Of a stretch of DNA of 64,000 nucleotides, positions 49,042 through 57,353 are shown one piece after another; positions within the stretch are counted from its first letter, which is position 1; each line of letters starts with the position of its first letter. This DNA is from an uncultured delta proteobacterium (GTDB taxonomy: Bacteria > Desulfobacterota > Binatia > UBA9968): positions 256,001 through 320,000 of the forward strand of contig CAVTUQ010000002.1 of assembly GCA_963737905.1 (NCBI GenBank), given 5' to 3'. The notes under the pieces were generated by a model that was not told the origin of the DNA, ran no database searches, and saw nothing but the letters and a program-made list of their open reading frames with translations. Both the position numbers and the translations under genes were made by a program.

Positions 49042-50337
49042 TTATCTGCGCCATTCACGCGTTGGATCGTCATCCGGATCGGGCGTTTCTTGCGGCGGGC
49101 GCAATTCTTCCGGCACATTTCGAAGGTTCACTCGGATGCGGGTCCAGGTGGACGACCTGCCACGCATAGAGTCGACCAGCACGTCATCCACGGCGAGAAG
49201 CGCCGCCACTTCTGGATGCTTACTCTTCCACCTTTCGAGACCGGCGAGGGCCGCTTCTTTGTCCGGCGAGTTCGCGACCACCAAAAGCGGCGCCCTGATC
49301 CGTGGCTTCTTCACGGTGGTTTTCTTAACCGCAGAGCGGGCGCGCGAAGGGGCCACGCGCGGTGCTTCGCCCTCCATCTTACGAAAGTGTGGCGGCCAGG
49401 GGGCGTCACCGAGACCCGCCGCCTCGTCTTCCGCCGCCAGCTCGAGCAGCTTTTCGAGCGAACCGGACGCGCCGTCGATGCCTAGGTGCGGATCACCGGA
49501 CGCCGCGAAGCGCTTGGGAACCGTGAGCACCGTGAAGTCGGCCGGGTCGCAGTCGGGAACCTCATGCCAGTGAAGCGGCGTGGACACACGGGCGTCGGGA
49601 AGCGGGCGCACGGAATAGGCAGAGCACGTCGTGCGATCCTTCGCATTCTGGTTGTAGTCGAGGAACACGCCGTGACGCTCCTCCTTCCACCACTTCGAGC
49701 TCGCCAGGGCTGGTGCGCGCCGCTCGACCGCGCGCGATAACGCGAGCGCCGCGCGGCGCACCTCGACGAACGTCCAGCGCGGTTCGATCCGCACATTCAC
49801 GTGCATTCCCCGTGAACCGCTGGTCTTGGGCCAGCCGCGAAGCCCCATCTCCTCCAGAAATGATTTCACCTCGAGAGCAACGCGACGCACGTCCTCCCAG
49901 CCGACGCCAGGACCAGGATCGAGATCGACGCGCAATTCGTCCGGATGCTCAAGATCGCCGGAGCGCACGGGGTGCGGATGGAGCTCGATGCAGCCCAGGT
50001 TCACGATCCACGCGAGCCCCGCGGCGTCATCGACGACGACCTCCTCCGCTTTACGGCCCGAAGGGAATGACAGCGTAACGGTTCGCAACCACAGGGGTCG
50101 CTGGGCGGGCGCCCGTTTCTGATAGAATGGCTGGCCTTCGGCACCGTCGACGAAGCGCTTGAGAACCAGCGGACGATCCCGGATGCCAGCGAGAGCGCCC
50201 GGCGCCACCGACAGATAGTAGCGCACGAGATCGAGTTTCGAGAGCTTCGTCTGCTTGGAAAAATACGGCTTGTCCGGATGGGTCACCCGGACTTCGCGTT
50301 CGTCGATCGACAGAACCTCGACTGTGTCATCCTTCAT
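49042..50337 (-). CDS. Stand-alone AEP primase-polymerase (LigD-Pol / Prim-PolC-like) with an extra C-terminal domain
   Basis: THPDK, FYQKR, DELRVDLDP, KTSGSRGMH, FLDYNQN, YSVRP and the Prim-PolC-like tail WPPHFRKMEGEAPRVAPS. Confidence 0.88.
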   Translation of the reverse strand: MKDDTVEVLSIDEREVRVTHPDKPYFSKQTKLSKLDLVRYYLSVAPGALAGIRDRPLVLKRFVDGAEGQPFYQKRAPAQRPLWLRTVTLSFPSGRKAEEVVVDDAAGLAWIVNLGCIELHPHPVRSGDLEHPDELRVDLDPGPGVGWEDVRRVALEVKSFLEEMGLRGWPKTSGSRGMHVNVRIEPRWTFVEVRRAALALSRAVERRAPALASSKWWKEERHGVFLDYNQNAKDRTTCSAYSVRPLPDARVSTPLHWHEVPDCDPADFTVLTVPKRFAASGDPHLGIDGASGSLEKLLELAAEDEAAGLGDAPWPPHFRKMEGEAPRVAPSRARSAVKKTTVKKPRIRAPLLVVANSPDKEAALAGLERWKSKHPEVAALLAVDDVLVDSMRGRSSTWTRIRVNLRNVPEELRPPQETPDPDDDPTREWRR

Positions 50338-50495
50338 AACTGAATCAGGCTGCCCTCAGCATTGAGCCCATGCCCTTACATGTTAACAATTCCGCTTAAT
50401 TGATCCAGTTCTCTTCTCATCTGGGTCGAACCCGATCCCCCTTGGCAACTTTCTGGCTGCTTTTGGATTGGTCTCTTCCCTGGGGAGAAGGGCTG

Positions 50496-50570
50496 GTGAA
50501 ATTCTGGGACACCTCGGCGATTGTCCCACTCCTGATCTCCTTCGATAGCCAACTGGCCAGCATCCCCTAA
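50496..50570 (+). pseudogene. Internally deleted vapC remnant, preceded by a decayed antitoxin end
   Basis: GTG-start MKFWDTSAIVPLL (PIN N-terminus) is fused directly to ISFDSQLA (PIN C-terminal motif) and a stop. An upstream ...EKGW* frame overlaps the start through GTGA. Confidence 0.6.
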
Positions 50571-50575
50571 ACGAC

Positions 50576-50608
50576 TGGAACGTCTTGAGCGTTTGGAACG
50601 ATTTGAAC
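50576..50608. repeat. Family A repeat
   Basis: TGGAACGTC TTGAGCGTT TGGAACGAT TTGAAC. Confidence 0.75.
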
Positions 50609-50717
50609 ATAAATTTCGGGTTGCTAGGACAATCGTTGGCTCTGCCGATTGATCATGTGGTAGATTGCCCTCCTCGACGATAAAATCTGATATGGATGTG
50701 GGACAAAGAGGTGAATC

Positions 50718-52112
50718 ATGGGCGCCACTGCGAAAATTGCCGGGTTCATCGTAGACACCGGCTACGAGGACATACCGCGCGACGCCGTGGAGAAGGCCAA
50801 GCGCACGGCGCTCGACTGTCTGGGAGCCGCGCTGGCCGGCGTTGTCGAGCCGGTCAGCCAGACCATCACAGGTTACGTAACGAAGCTCGGCGGGCCGTCC
50901 CAGGCATCCGTATTTGGCTCCGGCCTTAAAGTTTCGGTTCAAGACGCTGCCCTGGCCAACGGTGTCGTTGCCCACTCCCTGGACTACGATGACTGTGGTG
51001 TGAAGATCGGCCACCCCAGCGTCCTGGTTCTCCCCGCCTTGCTGAGCCTCGGCGAGCATCTCGGTGCCTCGGGCCGGGATATACTCACTGCCTACATCCT
51101 GGGCCTTGAGGTCGAGGGCAAGCTGGCGCTCCACGCCGACTTCAAGCTCATGCAGGCACGATTGAACCACCAGACCTGGTACGGTTCCATCGGGGCGGCT
51201 GCCGCCTGCGCCAAGCTGCTGCGGCTGGATGTCGCCAAGACCAGAATGGCATTGGGCATCGCCGCTAACTTCGCATGCGGCCTGTCGGCGAATCACGGCA
51301 GCATGGCCGGCGCAATGGCGGCGGGCAACGCCTGCCGCAACGGCGTGACTGCCGCGCTCATGGCTCAGGAGGGAGTCACGGCCAACCCCAATATTATCGA
51401 GGCGAAGAACGGCTTCTACGACACGCTGGTCGGCGCGGGCCACTACGACGCGGAGCGGATGGCGGACGGTCTGGGCAAGCCTTTCTATATCGAGTCTCCG
51501 GGCATCGGGTTAAAGAAGTATCCAAGCTGCTATCACACCCATCGGGCGCTGGACGGAGTGTTCCAGTTGTTGGGAGAGCACCGCCTTAGCGATAAGGACA
51601 TCGCCGAAGTCGACGTAGGCACCTCGGAGCGGGCCATGCGCGTACTCGCCTTCTCCGAGCCCGAAACGCCCTACCAGGCCAAGTACAGCATGCCTTACTG
51701 CATTGCCGCCGCGGTGGTGGATCACGAAGTGACGCTCGACACTTTCACAGATCACAAGATGGAAGATCGCGGCATCGTCGAGGCCAGGAAGAAAGTTCAC
51801 CTTTCATTCCCTGATGTCCCCATCTGGCCCGGCTTGGCGGACGTCGGCCCGGATACCGAGTTCGTAGGTAATCCGGTGACTATTCGGACGACGGATGGGA
51901 GAAGCTACAACGCACGGGTGGACATACCTCGGGGTGACCCCGCTCAGCCGCTGACTGACAACGAACTGCTATCTAAGTACCGCAACTGCGGACGCAGCCA
52001 GCTCCGCCCGGATGACATAGAGCGTAGTGTAGGCCTGGTTCTTGGGCTAGAGAGGGTGGCAGATATCGGGACGCTCATCGCTACTCTCAGATCGTCGTCG
52101 CGCAACGCTTAA
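50718..52112 (+). CDS. MmgE/PrpD family protein
   Basis: ALDCLG, AALANGVVAHSLDYDD, HPS, KKYPSCYHTH, AKYSMPY and PRGDP. Confidence 0.92.
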   Translation: MGATAKIAGFIVDTGYEDIPRDAVEKAKRTALDCLGAALAGVVEPVSQTITGYVTKLGGPSQASVFGSGLKVSVQDAALANGVVAHSLDYDDCGVKIGHPSVLVLPALLSLGEHLGASGRDILTAYILGLEVEGKLALHADFKLMQARLNHQTWYGSIGAAAACAKLLRLDVAKTRMALGIAANFACGLSANHGSMAGAMAAGNACRNGVTAALMAQEGVTANPNIIEAKNGFYDTLVGAGHYDAERMADGLGKPFYIESPGIGLKKYPSCYHTHRALDGVFQLLGEHRLSDKDIAEVDVGTSERAMRVLAFSEPETPYQAKYSMPYCIAAAVVDHEVTLDTFTDHKMEDRGIVEARKKVHLSFPDVPIWPGLADVGPDTEFVGNPVTIRTTDGRSYNARVDIPRGDPAQPLTDNELLSKYRNCGRSQLRPDDIERSVGLVLGLERVADIGTLIATLRSSSRNA

Positions 52113-52191
52113 GATCAGAACACCCCGCCGTTGACGTCGTTTACGAGAAGCCAGCCCTCTCCAACTCCGGCATTCGCCTCATAATACTTTG

Positions 52192-52536
52192 CTATTTGCC
52201 GTCGTCGAGGCTGACGACAATGATGGCGTTGGCAATCAGCCAACCGTCGTCGCCCTTTTCGTTCAGCACCTGTAATCCGCCGTGGACCACGTTGATATGG
52301 CCACCGCCGTGGGGCAACGTTTCCAGCACGGCTTGGCGATCCACCGCCTCCGGCTTGGGCACGCCGATGGTTACATCCACTCGCATATCGTCGGCGGTTT
52401 TGCCCACCAGCCGCGGAAATCCCAAGCTGCTGTGATGAATCGCATCGAACACCGCCCGCTTGGCGGCATTCGTGTAATCCAATCCGTGAACATCCACTCC
52501 CATACCCATTTCTGTAACGCACCGTACCAAAGCCAT
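52192..52536 (-). CDS. Lin0512 family protein
   Basis: EMGMGVDVHGLDYTNAAKRAVFDAIHHSSL...VDVTIGVP...LPHG...GGL, with a GGAGGTG RBS before ATG 52536. Confidence 0.88.
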   Translation of the reverse strand: MALVRCVTEMGMGVDVHGLDYTNAAKRAVFDAIHHSSLGFPRLVGKTADDMRVDVTIGVPKPEAVDRQAVLETLPHGGGHINVVHGGLQVLNEKGDDGWLIANAIIVVSLDDGK

Positions 52537-52565
52537 AGCTGTCACCTCCCATGCAAACGAAATCA

Positions 52566-52770
52566 GTTTCAGACGTTCCAAAGGTTCCAATCGTTCCGGA
52601 CAGTCGAGCGCGTACGTTTCAATGCTAAAACAAAGCGCTAAGCTGCTATGTCCCTCTATTTATGCGATGTCGTACCGTCGAATCAATACCGTGAGCTGGT
52701 CCTACACACCAGTCGAGTTAAGCACGTTTTGAACGATTTGAGCGGAGCGTAGCGGTTGAACGTCTTGAAC
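52566..52770. repeat. Two oppositely oriented family A arrays
   Basis: GTTTCA/GTTCCA x4 (52566-52598) and TTGAAC/TTGAGC x4 with core GGAGCGTAGCGG (52729-52770). Confidence 0.8.
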
Positions 52771-52821
52771 ACGCTCAGCCCTGAGCAACGCGGTGGACCG
52801 TCTGGAACGGGCCGCAGTATT

Positions 52822-53928
52822 TTAATCGCGAATGTCCTGCAGAAACCATTCCGTCGGAATCTCACGGCCGAGGCCCGCGTGCTTGGCCAACTCGTAAACT
52901 TTGCCGGCCACCCCATGGAACTGGGCGCCCTGCAGATTGCCGCGTTCCGAATAGGTGATCTGGTCCGGCGAGGTGCGCCCCTTCACCTTACCGGAGGCGA
53001 GATCGGCGAGCGTGACGCGCCGGTCCGGCAGCGAGTTGCCGTGCTTGCGGCGCCCGCGGCGACCGTCGCCGTACTTGGCTTGCTGCGGGCGCGCTTCATA
53101 GCCGATGTGCTCGGCATCGGTGGCGAGCTCGGGATGACCAACCGGCGCGGGCGTGTCGCCGAACCGCAGGTAGACGTCTACCCGCTTCAGGCTCTCGGCG
53201 TCCGGCTTGCCACTGCCGCCGACCACGACGATATGGGTGCCCTTCTCGAGCAGGGCGCCGTCGGTCACCTCGACCGCGGAATCGGTGAGAGCCGCCAAGA
53301 TGTGGGCGCCCTTGTAGACGTCTTCGGGGCGGTTGCACACCTTCACCTCGATGTTGTATTTCGCCGCCATCTCGCGGCCGAAGCGCTCGCGGTTCTCGCG
53401 CGTCGGGCTGAACACCTGCAGCTTCTCGATCTTGCGCACGCGCGTGAAAGCCTCCATATGCGTGCGCGCCATGCCGCCGGAGCCCAGGATGCCGACCACT
53501 TCCGCGTCCTTGTCCGCCAGGTACTTCACGCCGAGGCCGCCATCGGCGCCCACCCGCATGTGCTGCAGGTGGCCGTCATTGATGAAGGCCAGCAACTCGC
53601 CGTTCTCGATCGAGGTCAGCAGAATCAGGCCGCAGTAAAGCCCGGGGCGCATGCAGTATTTCTCCTGCGTCACCACACCTTGGTATTCGGTTTCATAGAC
53701 GATGTCGGACTTCATGCGGATGGCGAAATAGCCGGCGGTCGATCCTCCCTCCATCGTGCCCCACTGGTAGTTCCGGGCCGGATCGCTGGTGGGTATGCGG
53801 ATATCGATGCGCGGCCGGCAGACCGCCTCCCCGGCCGCGAGCTGCAGATACCCTTGTTCCAGCGCCGCAAGGGTGTCTTCCATCGTCAGCAGCTGTTGGA
53901 CCTCTTGGTTATTGATGATGAGTGTCAT
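52822..53928 (-). CDS. Ornithine cyclodeaminase / mu-crystallin family protein
   Basis: QLLTMEDTLAALE, MRVGADGG, GILGSGGMAR, VFSPTRENR and GRTSPDQIT. Confidence 0.88.
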   Translation of the reverse strand: MTLIINNQEVQQLLTMEDTLAALEQGYLQLAAGEAVCRPRIDIRIPTSDPARNYQWGTMEGGSTAGYFAIRMKSDIVYETEYQGVVTQEKYCMRPGLYCGLILLTSIENGELLAFINDGHLQHMRVGADGGLGVKYLADKDAEVVGILGSGGMARTHMEAFTRVRKIEKLQVFSPTRENRERFGREMAAKYNIEVKVCNRPEDVYKGAHILAALTDSAVEVTDGALLEKGTHIVVVGGSGKPDAESLKRVDVYLRFGDTPAPVGHPELATDAEHIGYEARPQQAKYGDGRRGRRKHGNSLPDRRVTLADLASGKVKGRTSPDQITYSERGNLQGAQFHGVAGKVYELAKHAGLGREIPTEWFLQDIRD

Positions 53929-53970
53929 GGCGCACTTGCCTCTTCGGCCGGTGGTTTAATGCATCGGCCA

Positions 53971-54021
53971 GTTCAAATCGTTCAAGTCGTTCAACCGCTT
54001 TGCTCAGTTCAAATCGTTTAA
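53971..54021. repeat. Family A repeat
   Basis: GTTCAAATC GTTCAAGTC GTTCAA CCGCTTTGCTCA GTTCAAATC GTTTAA. Confidence 0.85.
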
Positions 54022-54091
54022 TGAAGCACATCGCGGAACTTCGATTAGCGGCGAATTTAAGCATTAAATTGCGGCGGCAGCCGTGTTCGGC

Positions 54092-54300
54092 CTATCCCCC
54101 CATCGGCGGCATTTTTGGAAATTTGGCCAGCGCCGGATTCATGTGGTCCCAAGGCTGGGCGCTGGCTGTGAAAATGTCCAGGGTCGCCTTATACTGGCTC
54201 GGGTCATCGAGCCTCCCGGCCGTGATCGTCGCGAGGTCCGATATAGCACTGGGTTTTCCGAACAAACTCGCACGCACTCGGGCAAAAACCGCGGCTCAAC
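54092..54300 (-). pseudogene. 3' remnant of a GFA-family (CENP-V/Mss4-like) gene
   Basis: RGFCP is followed, with frameshifts, by ASLFGKPSAISDLATITAGRLDDPSQYKATLDIFTASAQPWDHMNPALAKFPKMP. The N-terminal Cys motifs are absent. Confidence 0.65.
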
Positions 54301-54335
54301 GCTCCCCTTCTCTCACCCGACCGCAAGCCGCGCTT

Positions 54336-55241
54336 CTACGCATTCATGCTGACGAGATCGATTGCGCAGGGGGAGGTCTCGAGGAAATTCCAGCTCTTCA
54401 TCCAATCGTAGGTGCGCTGGAGCTCATCGGGGGGGATCGGCGCGGGATCGACCAAATAGAGGCGGCTCTCTCGCAGATCGTCGATGGTGAGCTGACTAAT
54501 CTGCGGATCACGGTCGCGATAGTAGTCGATGAAGTAGTGGAGATAGGCGCGCCTGTTCGCCATGATGCGACGGACGGCCTCGCGGATCGCGCGGTTGAAG
54601 GCGGCGTAAGTTTCAGCGTCGACACGTTCGGAGGCGACGTCGGTGCCGTGGTGGAAAGCCGAGATGACGACGCGGCAGCCCATTTTCTCAGCCAAGGAAA
54701 TATAGGGCTCTGTGAGGGTCGTCGCTTCGATGGTCTTGTCCATGAGCATCTTGAAGCGGAAGTTCGAGCCGTTTGGCACGCGTCCGATCTTGATCATCTC
54801 CCGCGGCACGAAGCCTTCCAGCATCTGCAGGCAGAGATAATGCGTACCGCTATACATGGGGACGCCGATGGGCACGTTGGCGAATTGCTGCGGCGTCTGC
54901 ACCTGCGAATCCGCGCGAACGATGATCCCGGCAAAATTCACCATGGAACGGCGGCCCATCTGCCGGCTGCTGACGTTGGTGGTTTCAACGCGCGAGTAAT
55001 TGCCCCATTCGCAAGCGTTGTAGAGGTCGGCCTGGCCCGATTCCATCATGCGGCCATGGCTCACGAAGCGCGAGGCGTCCTTATGATCCGTGATGTGCAT
55101 CTGCGGGCTCTTGTCGACGCCCTTCTCACGGTCCATCCACTCGATGTGGAGGCCTTCCTTCTCGAACAGGCCCTCGTCGTAGGCCACGAGCTCGGCCAGT
55201 CCTTGGAACGGGGCAGTGGTTTCCAATCGCAGTGTTTTCAT
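54336..55241 (-). CDS. NMT1/THI5-like PBP-fold protein without a signal peptide
   Basis: ELVAYDEGLFEKEGLHIEW, YNACEWG, SGTHY and LTEPYISLAEKMG. GGAGG RBS, and no hydrophobic N-terminus. Confidence 0.75.
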   Translation of the reverse strand: MKTLRLETTAPFQGLAELVAYDEGLFEKEGLHIEWMDREKGVDKSPQMHITDHKDASRFVSHGRMMESGQADLYNACEWGNYSRVETTNVSSRQMGRRSMVNFAGIIVRADSQVQTPQQFANVPIGVPMYSGTHYLCLQMLEGFVPREMIKIGRVPNGSNFRFKMLMDKTIEATTLTEPYISLAEKMGCRVVISAFHHGTDVASERVDAETYAAFNRAIREAVRRIMANRRAYLHYFIDYYRDRDPQISQLTIDDLRESRLYLVDPAPIPPDELQRTYDWMKSWNFLETSPCAIDLVSMNA

Positions 55242-55338
55242 AGACTCCTCCCAGAGGGGCGTTGGCTAAGTTATCCTCTATACAATGGCTGGCATTCCAA
55301 CCTCTGTCAATCGCCCTTGCGGATCGCAAGCGAAGGCG

Positions 55339-56184
55339 TCAACTCGCCTTCGGTTGCGGGATTTCCGCCGGCCAATTCGCGATGTAAACCGGTTCCGGCG
55401 GAAAGCCCAAGACGTTGAGATAGAGATACTCTCGCCACGCGGGAAAGAACCGCACGTTCTCCACCGGTACGTTAAAATACTTGCGTAGAAACTCTCGGCG
55501 AGGAGGGTCGAAAACCGTGCGCGGACGGCTGTTCAGCGCCTCGCGTTCGATCTCGCCGATACGCCGGCGGATCGGCGCTTCGCCGTAGATTTCGATCTGT
55601 TCCCAAACATGGTCGTGGACTTTCTGCAGGATCGCGTCATGGTGGCTGCGCTCTTCGGCGTGCACGACGCGCTCTTCGAAGTCGAGCAAGTTGGGCGTGG
55701 TGATCTGAATACTCTGGATGCTCGCCGCGGTGCAGTGGCCGTAGGGCCAGAGATTGCCGGAAAAGATGTAGCTCAAAAAATCTCGCTTCATGATCTGATG
55801 GTGCTCGGTGCGCGTCGTCAGGCCGTATTGACGCTCGAATTCGGGGTCCGGTTTGGAGTGGTCGCGGCTTGGGTCGATGGCGTTGGCCTGGCGGATATAG
55901 CCCCAGCCGTGCCCGGACTCGGTGCCGATATGCTCACCGAGATGGTAGCGCCACTCGGCATCCATCTCGAAGTGCGACATGGCGTAGCATGCCGTGCCGA
56001 CGGTGACTTCCAACTCGTCGCGGCCGCGATGTGCGAGCCAGCGCGCCAAACGCTCGCGCTCCTCATCGTCCTTGGGCGGACGCTTGATGTTGTCGCGGCT
56101 TTTGCGGAACGCTTCCAGCTCTGCGCTGATCGGGTTGTTTTCGCTGTAGGTGATTTTCTTTCCAACGCCTCGAATATCGGCCAT
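55339..56184 (-). CDS. Uncharacterised ferritin-like (possibly di-iron) protein
   Basis: Helical 281-aa protein with RDELE, HIGTESGH and AEERSHH, an E...ExxH...ExxH pattern. AGGAGG RBS. Confidence 0.6.
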   Translation of the reverse strand: MADIRGVGKKITYSENNPISAELEAFRKSRDNIKRPPKDDEERERLARWLAHRGRDELEVTVGTACYAMSHFEMDAEWRYHLGEHIGTESGHGWGYIRQANAIDPSRDHSKPDPEFERQYGLTTRTEHHQIMKRDFLSYIFSGNLWPYGHCTAASIQSIQITTPNLLDFEERVVHAEERSHHDAILQKVHDHVWEQIEIYGEAPIRRRIGEIEREALNSRPRTVFDPPRREFLRKYFNVPVENVRFFPAWREYLYLNVLGFPPEPVYIANWPAEIPQPKAS

Positions 56185-56202
56185 GACTCCCTCCTGAGAT
56201 TT

Positions 56203-57240
56203 CTATTTTGTCGCATAAAGCGAGCGCACAAACCCCTCTCTATCGATGTGTTCGAGCAAACTCATGTCCAGAACCCCGAACGGGTCACGATGGGGCAGCG
56301 CCGGTGAAAGTTTGACGACCGTCTCGATCGCTTCCCTGGGTACGATCGGTAAACGCTCGTAGAGCGTCACCACCCGTTGATAAACTTCGTCGATCGCTTC
56401 CGGATCGGTGAGCCGCATATTTCGGCTGATGGTCCTCTTTGCCATATCCGGATTGCTCACCGCAAGTTTGACGCCGTGCAGAATCCCTTTGAGAAAGCGC
56501 TCCAGCGCCGCAGGCGATTTTTCCAGCACCGCGCGGGTCGTAACCACGGATGTAAACGGGCAGGAAATTCGCTGCGTCGCCAGATCCATGAGCATGCGAA
56601 AGCCGTGCTGTCTCGCCTTGATGGTCTCGGGCACCGACAGCAACGCGGCGTCGACCACGCCGGTAAACAACGACTGCGAGATGAGCCCGATGCGGCCGAA
56701 GGCAATCAGTTTCACGTCGCGCATCGGATCGAAGCCGATGCGCTGCATCAAGATCGCCGCAGCCAGGTTGAGCGATGTGCCGGGCGGCGTGTTGGCGATC
56801 ATTTTCCCTTTGAGATCATTGATCTGCGTTATCTCCGGCTTCGTCCAAAGCTGATAGGGCACGGTGTTGATAAGCCCGCCGATGATGCGCATCTCCAGCC
56901 CCTTGAGATACGCGCTTAGCGCCTGGCCTCCGCCGACGATGGAGACATCGAGGCTCTTGGCATCGAGCGCTCGAATCATGGTGGTGCCCGCAGCCTGGGT
57001 CAATTCGACGTGCACGCCGTAAAGGTCGAAGAGTTTCTGTTCGACCGCCAGCGAGCCCGCCAGTTGCGTGGCGGTGGCGCCGGAATAGCCCAACCGAAGA
57101 GTTTCGGCGGCGTAGGCGGCGGCTTTGGGCGCGAAAATCAACGCCGCGACGAGAAGAGTCGTAGTTGGCAGGGCGGAAAAAGAGAGGTAATTCTTCAGCT
57201 CTTTGCTCCATCGATATGGGCTTGATTTAAACCCAAGCAT
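56203..57240 (-). CDS. ABC substrate-binding protein, NMT1/SsuA-like
   Basis: Signal-like segment, AETLRLGYS, DLKGKMIA, DVKLI and DMSLLEHIDREGF. Confidence 0.82.
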   Translation of the reverse strand: MLGFKSSPYRWSKELKNYLSFSALPTTTLLVAALIFAPKAAAYAAETLRLGYSGATATQLAGSLAVEQKLFDLYGVHVELTQAAGTTMIRALDAKSLDVSIVGGGQALSAYLKGLEMRIIGGLINTVPYQLWTKPEITQINDLKGKMIANTPPGTSLNLAAAILMQRIGFDPMRDVKLIAFGRIGLISQSLFTGVVDAALLSVPETIKARQHGFRMLMDLATQRISCPFTSVVTTRAVLEKSPAALERFLKGILHGVKLAVSNPDMAKRTISRNMRLTDPEAIDEVYQRVVTLYERLPIVPREAIETVVKLSPALPHRDPFGVLDMSLLEHIDREGFVRSLYATK

Positions 57241-57353
57241 TGGCGTGCTGACCGCACTCCCATTCTAATGCGCTTCTAGCACGGCGAGGGAGCGATTGGA
57301 ACTGTGATTATGAGGACCTCACCGAGGCACCGGTCAATCAATTCACATCTAAA

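Noticed and set aside
50376-51443. 355-aa minus-strand ORF
   Set aside because: It is the antisense shadow of the MmgE/PrpD gene and runs through the repeat and the vapC relic.
46466-54021. GTTCAA arrays as a CRISPR array
   Set aside because: The units are 6-9 nt with no 25-45-nt repeat and unique-spacer structure, and there are no cas genes. The Cas4-like motifs at 42.5-43.4 kb belong to the AddB nuclease domain.
52756-55418. Long + strand ORFs (421 aa and 498 aa)
   Set aside because: They are antisense shadows of the OCD and PBP-fold genes, run through repeat arrays and have no recognisable motifs. Such shadows are expected with GC-rich codon usage.
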